From a virus: DNA of 24,280 bases. Of this stretch, positions 9,981 through 19,703 are shown piece after piece. The notes below the pieces were generated by a model that was not told the DNA's origin, did not search any database, and saw nothing but the letters and a program-made list of their open reading frames with translations. The stretch is taken from IMG/VR virus record IMGVR_UViG_3300040786_000030, positions 1-24,280 of that record. One strand, written 5' to 3'. Both the position numbers and the translations under genes were made by a program. How positions within the stretch are numbered: the stretch's first letter is position 1; the number at the start of each line of letters is the position of its first letter.

Positions 9981-11862
9981 GGAAAAACCTTACGAAGAAT
10001 CTAACAAAAGTTTTGTATCTTATTGGTCAACCTATAACACCAGTAGTGGTAGTAGCGGAGCTAACCAAATAAAATTACCATTAACGTCAACTGGTATCTA
10101 TTCATTTATCGTTGACTGGGGTGATGGTTCTTCTAATAAAATAACAAGTTGGAATCAAACAGAAACAACACATACTTACTCGTCGCCAGATACTTATAAA
10201 GTAACAATAACTGAATATTAACTGGTTGGGTTTTAATAACACAGGTGATAGGTTAAAATTGTTAACTATTGAGAAATGGGGACCAATGAAATTTATAAAT
10301 AATAGTGGTATTTTTATGGTTGTACTAATTTAACATTATCAACAGTTAAGGGTATACCAGATTTATCTGGTTTAAATTCATTAGCAAGGTTCTTCTTTGG
10401 TGTTCAGCTTTAACCAGTGTCAATGGAATAAATCAATGGAACCTTAAAACTATTACATCATTAAATAGAATGTTTGAAAATGCAACTAATTTCAATAGCA
10501 ATATTGGAAATTGGGATGTAAGTAACGTGACAGATTTCGAACGTGTTTTCTATATAAGTAGTGCATTTAATAATGGTGGTTCACCATCAATTGGTAATTG
10601 GAATACATCTAAAGTTACTACTATGTTAGGTATGTTTTATCAGACAAGTTTTAACCAACCAATTGGCACAAAGGTAGTTACTGTTAATGGTATTACTTAT
10701 ACAGCATGGGATACATTAAATGTGACAAATATGAGGGTCATGTTTCTCAAAGTAAAATATCTAATAATTTATCAATAAATAATTGAATATGTCTAAAGTT
10801 ACTACTATGTCAGCTATGTTTTATGGTACAAGTTTCAATGAAGATATTGGAACAAATGTAGTTACTGTTAATAATATTACTTATACAGCATGGGATACAT
10901 TAAATGTGACAGATATGAGTTTTATGTTTGGTATAACCCCTGAATTTAATAATGGTGGTTCACCATCAATAAGTAATTGGAATACATCTAAAGTTACTAA
11001 TATGTCAAGTATGTTTTATCAGTCAAGTTTTAATCAAAATATTGGAACAAAGGTGGTTACTGTTAATGGTATCACTTATACAGCATGGGATACATTAAAT
11101 GTGACAGATATGAATGCAATGTTTCTTATAAACACAGCATTTAACAATGGTCACCATCAAGTAATTGGAATACATCTAAAGTTACTAATATGTCAAGTAT
11201 GTTTCAGGGGTCAAATTTCAATCAAGATATTGGAACAAAGGTAGTTACTGTTAATGGTATTACTTATACAGCATGGAATACATTAAATGTGACAAATATT
11301 AGCTTTATGTTTCTTCAAAATACTATGTTTAACAATGGTGGTTCACCATCAATTGGTAATTGGAATACATCTAAAGTTACTAATATGTCAGGTGTGTTTT
11401 TCAGACAAGTTTCAATCAAGATATTGGGACAAAGGTAGTTACTGTTAATGGTATTACTTATACAGCATGGGATACATTAAATGTGACAAATATTAGCTTT
11501 ATGTTTTATGAAGATATTGTATTTAACAATGGTGGTTCACCATCAATAAATAATTGGAATACATCTAAAGTTACTACTATAGATAACACATTTTTTGGTG
11601 CTATAGCTTTAATCAACCACTTAATAATTGGAATGTTTCACTTGTAACACTAGCTACCACTATAAATTTTATGGAGAATAAAACATTTAATGATTATTCA
11701 ACACAAAACTATGATAATTTATTAATTGGCTGGGCCTCAAGGCCAGTCAAACCAAATTTAACAATTAGTTTTGAACAATTAGACGCACAAGTGCATCAGC
11801 AAATGCAATTACAATATTAACATCAAGTCCAAATTTTGGACAATAATAGACGGGGAATATGA
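9780..11862 (+). CDS. Surface/decoration protein: duplicated N-terminal module + PKD-like domain + DUF285/BspA-like repeats (frameshifted)
   Basis: MPRISDIHS... module, then YSFIVDWGDG...TTHTYSSPDTYKVTI (PKD-like), then repeats of FN..IGNW(D/N)(V/T)S.VT.M..MF, then the typical cap YSTQNYDNLLIGWA...WTIIDGG. Confidence 0.85.
10560..11580 (+). repeat. ~195-bp (65-aa) near-identical tandem repeats, about 5 copies, inside the DUF285 region
   Basis: The block GTAGTTACTGTTAATGGTATTACTTATACAGCATGGGATACATTAAATGTGACA recurs (with few substitutions) near 10674, 10858, 11053, 11241 and 11434. Confidence 0.9.
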
Positions 11863-12082
11863 GATACTTTTAACACATAACGATATAATCGTTAATAATT
11901 ATGGAATAATTAACGATGGTCAATTTATTCAAACTGGTCAAAAAAAATTAGAATTTTTTAATGAAATTGATGAATTAAAAAATAGATTATTAGAATTTAA
12001 CGTAACTTACGTTGAGGTAAATAATAAAACATTACCAATTTTAAATATTGGTGAATTAAATCTTGATGGGTTAAATCTTTAA
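11859..12082 (+). CDS. Small hypothetical protein translationally coupled to the DUF285 gene
   Basis: ATGA overlap at 11859-11862; MRYF(L)THNDIIVNNYGIINDGQFIQTGQKKLEFFNEIDELKNRLLEF...GLNL-stop (one indel). Confidence 0.6.
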
Positions 12083-12105
12083 AGTTTTTAAATTATTTTT
12101 TGAAC

Positions 12106-12346
12106 AATTGCAAATATAATTATATTTATAATAAAAGAAAAATTATGCCAAGAATAAGTGATATACATAGTATTATCGTACCAGCAGAGAATCCAAATAT
12201 GTCAGCGCACACATATACTGAAATATATGGTGGTTCTGCTGGTTGTAATATAGTGATTAATGGGGTAACGGTTAGTATCGGCCAATCTACTAATGTAGCT
12301 GTCTGGGTTAGAAGTGTTAGCGGTGGAACTGGATGTTACCTTTAGG
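12106..12346 (+). repeat. Direct repeat copy 2 (promoter + small gene)
   Basis: Matches 9739-9980 at both ends; the middle is diverged at the DNA level but conserved in protein. Confidence 0.9.
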
Positions 12347-12389
12347 TGAAAATAAAGATGTGTTTAATGGTACTAATCGTATCGGTTAA
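12145..12389 (+). CDS. Small (~81 aa) beta-rich hypothetical protein, probable virion component; stand-alone paralog of the 9780 N-terminus
   Basis: MPRISDIHSIIVPAENPNMSAHTYTEIYGGSAGCNIVINGVTVSIGQSTNVAVWVRSVSGGTGCYLLGENKDVFNGTNRIG (one indel at ~12342), preceded by ATATTTAT at 12122. Confidence 0.75.
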
Positions 12390-12419
12390 TCAAAATAATA
12401 AAAAATAATTATAAAAGAT

Positions 12420-13188
12420 ATGAAAATAGAATAAACCCAATAGGTCTTAAAGGTAATGAAATTAATGAACGTATGAAAACATTGATGGGTATTTCAACTC
12501 TAAATGAAAATAAATCAAATATTGTTGTGGAATTAACTAAACTTGGACCTGACAATAAAGTTTACGCTATCATTAGAGAAAATCACGAATATTATATTAA
12601 ATCAACAGATAAAGTATCAAATATTGTAAGTGAAGATTTCAAATATATTGGTGGTTTACAAAATAAAAAACAAGAAGCATATTCTTCATATGCTAAAGCT
12701 ATTAAATTCTTAAACTTAAAATTTAACAGTCTTGCTGAGGCACATGATAAAACAATAGTGTTAACGCATTCTTAAATGATGATTTATTAACCGAAAATGG
12801 TTTAGCTGGTGGGTTTTCTGACTTCCCAAAGGTGGTGGATTTTCAGGTGCTGGTAATCTAGAAGGTAATGAATCATTATATGAGGAAGAAGAAGAAGAAG
12901 GTATAGTAGCTGAATATAATAACCAAGATGACGAACCTTATTATGATGATGTTAAACCAACAAAAAAATCACCAAGTAAAAAAAAAGATGGGATGACGAT
13001 GAAGATGAGGATGATGAATCTTTAAACGAAATTGAACAAGCTATTGATGATATGTCTTCAGAAAAAGAAGAAGAAGTATCTGAAAAAATAAATGAAAATA
13101 AATTGTCAATATCTAGAGCAATTAGAAATATGGACGCTATTATTGACAGTCTTTCTGAAGGAAAAAAAAAGTTTACACTCTAAAGTAA
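12420..13188 (+). CDS. Hypothetical phage protein, globular N-terminus plus acidic low-complexity region (possible head/scaffold-associated)
   Basis: MK..INPIGLKGNEINERMKTLMG...YAIIRENHEYYIK...FKYIGGLQNK; E/D-rich tract 12880-13080; ends just after the A9 run at 13162-13170. Confidence 0.65.
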
Positions 13189-14072
13189 ACGAAGATAAAA
13201 ATATACTTTAAAAATACCAACACCAGCTGCTACACCAACAGCAGCTGCACCTGTTGAAGAACCATTAGATGAACCTATGGGACAACCAGACATGAGCGAA
13301 CCAGATATGGAGCAGCCAGATATGGAACCATCCGATAAACCATTTGACGATAAAGAACCATTTGATGCTGGTGTTGAAGCTAATGAAGAAACTGACCCTA
13401 AAAAATTTATCGAACAATTAAGCGGTAAAATTGGTCAATCACTTAGAAAATTCACTGAAACTCAAGGGCAACCAGATTTCGAACTAGAAAAATTTGCAAT
13501 TAATTCATTATTATCGGCAACTCATACTTCTGAGATGGATGATAACGATAAAAACGATATTATAAAAAAAGTAAATACCGCTGGGAATAATGATTCAAAA
13601 GAACCTGATATGGGTGATAATAACAACAACAACGATAATGGAAATGATAATGAGGGTGGGTCTAATGATAACAACGATTTATCTTTTGACTCCAATAATG
13701 AAGAAGGTTTGGAAGAATATAAAGTTTATGAAAGTGATGATTTATTCTTAGATAAACCTAAGAAAAATAATATGTTTCAACCTAATTCAAATGATATCCT
13801 TGATTCGACTGAACCAACAATAAAAGAGACAATTAAAAACTTGTTTAATTCAAAAAAAATAGTATGTTTGACAGAAAATATTAATGTCAAAATTACAAGA
13901 AACTTTAACCAAGAAATTATGTCAGAACCAATAGTAGAACCAAAAAACAAAACCTGTTACAGCACCTACAGTTAAACCAAGTAGAAGAAATAATCCATTT
14001 ACAATTGAACCAGATACTATGCCACAGGTACCACCTAAAGCTAGTGATGATTCATTTAACAATATCGTATAA
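13170..14072 (+). CDS. Acidic Pro/Asp/Asn-rich hypothetical protein; possibly a frameshift extension of the 12420 gene
   Basis: ORF 13277-13975 is open upstream of its Met (YTLKIPTPAATPTAAAPVEEPLDEP). Conserved-looking core PFDAGVEANEETDPKKFIEQLSGKIGQSLR...KFAINSLLSA; Pro-rich tail to TAA 14070-14072. Confidence 0.6.
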
Positions 14073-14458
14073 TGGGTGACTTACGTTTAATTTATATAAA
14101 TAAGGTGGGTATTGATTATTTAGGTAAATACATATATGAATTTATGTTTTCTGATATAATTAAAGACATTGATGGTGATGGTTGGGATGAGAATCCAGCG
14201 GCTGGAAGACCATCACCGCCTCAGAGAGAATATATTAAAAGTTGGTAGGTTAGAAGCGGAAATACTTTTGAATTAATTCAATATAGTTCTATGTTAGGTG
14301 TGTGGGATGCTGTTGATGGTGTTATTGCGTTAGGGTGAGAATATTGATGATTATGAAAGTTATCCTGAATCTAGATTACATTTCCATTTTGGTGATACTA
14401 TCAAGGATGTCGAAAATAAATTATATGAAAAGATTTAATATTACAATATAAAAAATAA
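14072..14458 (+). CDS. Hypothetical phage protein (~128 aa, frameshifted, missed by the ORF track)
   Basis: TAATG overlap; MGDLRLIYINKVGIDYLGKYIYEFMFS...WDENPAAGRPSPP...GVWDAVDGVIALG..NIDDYESYPESRLHFHFGDTIKDVENKLYE. Confidence 0.7.
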
Positions 14459-14462
14459 AACC

Positions 14463-15239
14463 ATGGAAAATAACGAAATAAATGAGATGATGCCATCATT
14501 AAATGCTAGTAGTTCACCAACATCTACGTCAAATTCAAGTAAGGATAGCACTAGCGTAAATATTAAAAGAAAGATTTAAGTGACCCAACAGTTACTGCTA
14601 ACATTAGTAAATTAGGTAATGTTAATATAAACGTTATTGATGAAGAAGTAGTTGTTAAACCAGAAGCTATAATTGAACCTAAGGACCAAGAAACTATTAA
14701 ATACCTATCGAATGTAACAGACGCTAGTAGTGGTGAAGTTTCTAAACCATTTATAATTAGTGATAAAAAATATCAAATGGTTAGAGGTATTACACCATCT
14801 AGAGAAAAGTAATGGGTGTATATTGTCATAATGACGTTAACGATAGTGGTAAGAATATAATACATAGAATTGAAGAATTTGAAAAAAACATTGTTGGTCC
14901 AGTAATGGAAAAAGAAAAATGATGGGTAATGATATTGAAGAAGTGGAAAACCCTGTAGTTAAAAAAAACCAGATAGTAAGGCTATTGATTCATTAAATCT
15001 AGCTGAATTCAAACATTTTTTAGTAAACGAAAAAGCGGTAAATTTAGGAAATTTAAAAGTGTTGGTGAATTAGCTAAGGCTACAATGGAAGAAGGTGAAA
15101 AATATACAATAAAAGAATTTAAAAATTCTTTGAAGGTAAAATATTTGGAAATAAGAAAGTAATTACAAAGTCTGAGTTAACTGAAAGTCTAACACCTAAA
15201 ACAATAATAAGAACAATCAAAGTAAAAGATATTAAATAA
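14463..15239 (+). CDS. Hypothetical phage protein (frameshifted, missed by the ORF track)
   Basis: MENNEINEMMPSLNAS...IEPKDQETIKYLSNVTD...SKPFIISDKKYQMVRG...LNLAEFKHFLVNEK...KTIIRTIKVKDIK-stop overlapping the next ATG. Confidence 0.6.
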
Positions 15240-16531
15240 TGGCTAATTATAAGAAAATAGTTGAAGAAGCATTAATAAAAGCTAGAGCTAAAGCTGGTAT
15301 AATACCAACCACCTTGACTAGCACTAAAAAATTAGATGAAAGTTTAGTTTATCCAGATGGTTTAAAAGAAAGAATGCACCCACAATTAGTTGATGAGTTG
15401 ATTAATCAGAAAACATCTTTAGGTAAACACCCAATTTTCCCAGATAGTGACGAAAACTCTTTTGAACAAAAATTATGGGTAAACGTTTTAATGAAGTTGC
15501 AAAACGTTACATGGGCGCACATGATGTTCGTACTATTAACCCTGATAAAGTTATATCAGAATTAATGCCGTTGGTTAGACTTGGAATGGCAATAGAAGGT
15601 CCACACATACAAGAGTTAGAGGAATTAGCGATTAAAATGATTCGTGAAGATTTCGATATGGATGAAGATGTTGTTGAAATTAGAGCTAAACTAACACCTA
15701 ATATTAGCTTAGAGGGTACAGTTAAAACCCAACACCAGTTAACCATGATATGGATTTTAAAACCATGATGAAATGGTAAGTATTACTGGTGAAGTTTATA
15801 AAAGAAGATTTGTGAACGCTATGATTCAAGGTGCAGCTAAAACATGTAATCATATGTTTCATATGGTTAATAATGAATTAGAAGATATCGACCCAAAGCT
15901 AAGTAACTTATATAAAAAAATGATGACTAGCGCTGATTATGTTTATTATGTTATCCCTAAAATGGAAAATGGTATTAATGGTGGTGTTGTTAAAGTTACA
16001 TTCCCAACTAAAGATAACTCAAAATATTAATTGAAGCTGAAGCTATGGTATTTCCAGTTCTTATTCACGAATTAGTAAAGGTGTTATGGAAGTATTATCA
16101 GCTCGTGGTTTACCTAAGGGTAAAATGGGTAAATATGTTATTAGTAAAGCTGATTTTTTATCAGCAGAGCCTTGGGATATGAGAATAGGCCCAGCATTAT
16201 GGTCTAGATTTACTGACATGATTGAAAATGATGATTTTAAATTAAAACACCATATTTGGAATGAATTAGTTTCGTTACCAGTAAAAGAATTCAATAAAAA
16301 ATGAAAGAAATAATGGCTGGTACTAAAGAAGGTAAAACATAATTAAAAGTATTGTAGAAGAAGTTAAAATGACTTAAAAAATGATGAGTTTAATGATGCA
16401 ATGTCCGAAATAGACACTAAAATGACGAAAACACTGATAGTTATGATTGGGAGGAATTAATGGGTAATAACCCAGATAATTTAGACGATGATGATGGTTA
16501 TGATTTTGACGAATTATTTAAAACTAAATAA
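15239..16531 (+). CDS. Hypothetical protein upstream of the terminase (~430 aa, frameshifted)
   Basis: ORFs 15239, 15475, 15773 and 16086 join into one frame: ERMHP..., KRRFVNAMIQGAA, FPVLIHELVKGVME, ADFLSAEPWDMRIGPALW, acidic tail. Confidence 0.75.
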
Positions 16532-16559
16532 AGAGACCCTAAAAGGTCTCTTTTGTTTT
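16530..16559 (+). terminator. Intrinsic terminator
   Basis: AAAGAGACC-CTAAAA-GGTCTCTTT hairpin followed by TGTTTT. Confidence 0.8.
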
Positions 16560-16566
16560 ATAAAAC

Positions 16567-16574
16567 ATATTTAT
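16567..16574 (+). promoter_or_regulatory. Putative late promoter ATATTTAT upstream of terL
   Basis: Lies between the terminator and ATG 16587. Confidence 0.55.
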
Positions 16575-16586
16575 ATATAAAAGAAT

Positions 16587-19500
16587 ATGTTAACAAATAG
16601 AGATATTACAAGAATTCGCCAAAGGTTTAATGGACCCCACATGCCATTGAGAACTATTTGGAGACTTTTGATAAAACACAAGAAGGGTTTGTACCATTCA
16701 AATTATTCCCAAGAAAAAGAGATTATACGTGCTTACGAAAACATAGATTTAATTTAGTTACAAAACCAAGACAAGCTGGAGTATCGACAACAACAGCTGC
16801 TTATATGTCAATAAAAGTTGGTTGGGCAGATGTTAAAACCCAGAAGCTGTTTTGATTATTGCAAATAAACAGGAACTTGCTTTTGAATTTTGGGTAAAAT
16901 TAAAGATTTTCTAAGTCAATTACCAAGATGGGTTTGGGGTGAAGAATATTATGGTGATGAGAAAAGGGAATCCAAGACAATTTTCTTGATGGACTCAAAA
17001 AAAAAATTAGATTACCTAATGGTAGTCGTGTAAAAGCAGTTGCGACATCTAAGGATGCACTTCGTGGATTTACACCAACATATCTTATTATGGATGAGGC
17101 AGCATATATTGAAAATGGTGCTGAAGTATTTGGTGCCGCATTAACAGCGTTAGGTTGCTTAACTAAAGATTCATTAATATTAACTGATAAAGGATTAGTT
17201 GAGTTAGATGAGTTAGTTTCTGAAAAGACAAATTAGGTTTTAACAACTTAGAAGTACCACATATGGTATGTAACAAAATGGTATATTAACCCCAGCGACA
17301 CATACATTTGTTAGTGAATATGGTGAAACTTATAAAATAAAACAAAGCTAGGTATAGAGTTAGAAGGTAGTTGGAAACATCCCGTATTAATTAAACGAAA
17401 TGGTGAAGAAATATGGTCTAAAATGGACGAATTAATAATAGGTGATAAACCAATCATTAATTATGGTCAAAATTATTTTAATGATGATAGCACATTTAAT
17501 TTTTTCATTTGAGAAACATTTTAACAAAAAAATATTAATATACCTAATAAATTGTCAGATAATTTAGATTTCTGTTATTTATTAGGTTTATTTGTCGCTG
17601 AAGGTAACTTTACTAGTAGAGGTATAACGATTACAAATGTTGATAAACAAATTACTGATTTCTTAACTAACGATATAGCTAAATTAGGTAATGGGTTTAA
17701 ACAAGTTGATGATAGGCATTATATGTTTCACTCAACGGACTTGTTAATTGGCTTGAAGCTTTGGTTTGAAGAAACATAACGCTAAAGATAAAGAAATACC
17801 ATTAGCAATACTTAAAATGTCTAGAGAAGTTATTATTAATTTCTTACAAGGTATGTTTGATGGAGATGGTATGTCAACAATTAAAGATATAAAATATTCT
17901 AGTACATCTAAAAAATTAATTAAAACATTACAAACTTTACTATTAAATTTCGGTATCGTCTCACACATAAAAAAAGAAGTACAGAAAACTAGTGTGTCAT
18001 CTATAATACCTAATAAAGAACATATTTGCATTATTTATAATTTAAAAATTTATTCCGATTATGCGACAAAATTTTATAATGAAATAGGTTTTAGATTAGA
18101 TAGAAAACAAAAAAATAGTGCAAATTTATTAAATAAAAATTAAATTCTAGATTTATTAATGTAACTAAAGAATCAATATTAGAAATTTTAAAAGAAAATA
18201 ATATAACTAAGAGTAGTGTCAGATTCTTGGATAGATTTTGGGTATCTAAATACGATAGATTAACTTATCACTCTTTCAATCGATTAATATTAAAAATACC
18301 TAATAATGCTGTATTGATAGAGTTATCAAACCAAATCAGTTACAATGAAAATACTATATTGATGAGATAGTTCTTATAACTAAGGGTGAAGACTACACTT
18401 ATGATTTACATGTACCAGAAACTAATTCATTTATATCAAATGGTATTGTTAGTCATAATACTGGGGAAAAGCCACGCTTATCTCAACACCTAAAGGTATG
18501 GATACTTTGTATTTTAAAACATATGACCAAGCTAAAAAGGTAAAAACAATTTCAACATTGTTGAGATGAAGTGGTATGAAGATTTACGTTATAATAGGAC
18601 CTTAGATGGCTTAAAGGGAAGAAGTAGAGAGATAGAATTTACCTTTAAATCATACACCAAATGGATTGAGGATGGTTGGAAGCCAACATCTGGTTGGTAT
18701 GAACAAATGTGTTTAGGTATGAATGGTGATGCTAAAATGATTGCACAAGAGTTAGATGTATCATTTATTGGGTCTGGTGGTAACGTAATTGCTGAAGAAT
18801 TTATAGATTATCAGGAAAAGAATAATGTTAGAGAACCAATATTCACCGAAGGGTTAGAACAAGAAACTTGGATTTGGGCAATACCAGAAGAAGGTCACCA
18901 ATACGTTATGGGTGTAGACGTTTCTAGAGGTGATGGTGAGGATGCATCTACAATAGTAATTATTGATGTAACAACGATGGAACAAGTAATGGAATATCAG
19001 GTAAGATACAACCAGATTTACTAGCACAAATAGTTGAACAATATGGAGATTTATACAAGGCATATACTGTAGTTGATATTACGGGTGGTATGGTGTTTCA
19101 ACTGTATTAAAATTACTAGAATTTCAATATAAAAGACTTCATTATGATACATCTAACGGTAAAATATTATCATCAAGACAAAGAGAATTAAGTTCACATG
19201 GTAAAACCGACAAAATACCAGGTTTCCAAGCAACATCTGTTCGTTTACCAATGATTTCAAATTTTGAATATCAGGTTAGGACCAATGGTATAAAATACGT
19301 TCAATTAGATTAATTTCAGAAATGAAGACTTTTGTATTTAAAATGGTAGACCTGACCATATGGAAGGTTACCATGATGATATTTTAATGTCTTGTGCTAT
19401 GGCATTATGGGCTATAGAATACTCATTTAAAAGTTTAGAAAGATTAGAAAAACAAACCAAAGCTATGTTAGGTAGTTGGGTTGCTGGTTCACCTACAGCT

Positions 19501-19653
19501 ACTGTTACTGATATTGAACGTGGAAATGGTTTTGTACCTATTGCTGGTAAAAACATAGGTGCATTACCAAAACCAAAATTTAGCCCATTAGTTAGTAAGA
19601 ACATGCAAGACCCAACTGGCAAATACATGTGGCTATTTAGTGGTTCGAAATAA
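16587..19653 (+). CDS. terL: Terminase large subunit (T4 gp17-like), interrupted by an intein
   Basis: VPFKLFP; Walker A KPRQAGVST; Walker B YLIMDEAAYI; coupling motif LISTP after the intein; AQELDVSFIGSG; nuclease YVMGVDVSRGDGED and GYHDDILMS; adjacent to the portal gene. Confidence 0.93.
17156..18459 (+). mobile_element. Intein with LAGLIDADG homing endonuclease in terL
   Basis: N-junction ALTALG|CLTKDSLILTDKG; block B LEGSWKHPV; LAGLIDADG motifs YLLGLFVAEGN and FLQGMFDGDG; C-junction YTYDLHVPETNSFISNGIVSHN|TG. Removing it restores ALTALG-TG..ATLISTP. Confidence 0.93.
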
Positions 19654-19703
19654 ATAATACTATTTATTTTTAAAATAATTTACATATATTTAATTAAAAA
19701 AAC

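Noticed and set aside
10560-11620. Diversity-generating retroelement template/variable repeat pair
   Set aside because: The repeats are tandem and all coding, differences are not restricted to adenines, and there is no reverse transcriptase in the window.
9744-12118. Antisense TATATTTG (-7-like) element in both duplicated promoter regions (9744-9751, 12111-12118)
   Set aside because: No matching -33 element and no minus-strand gene downstream; its presence in both places is explained by the duplication itself.
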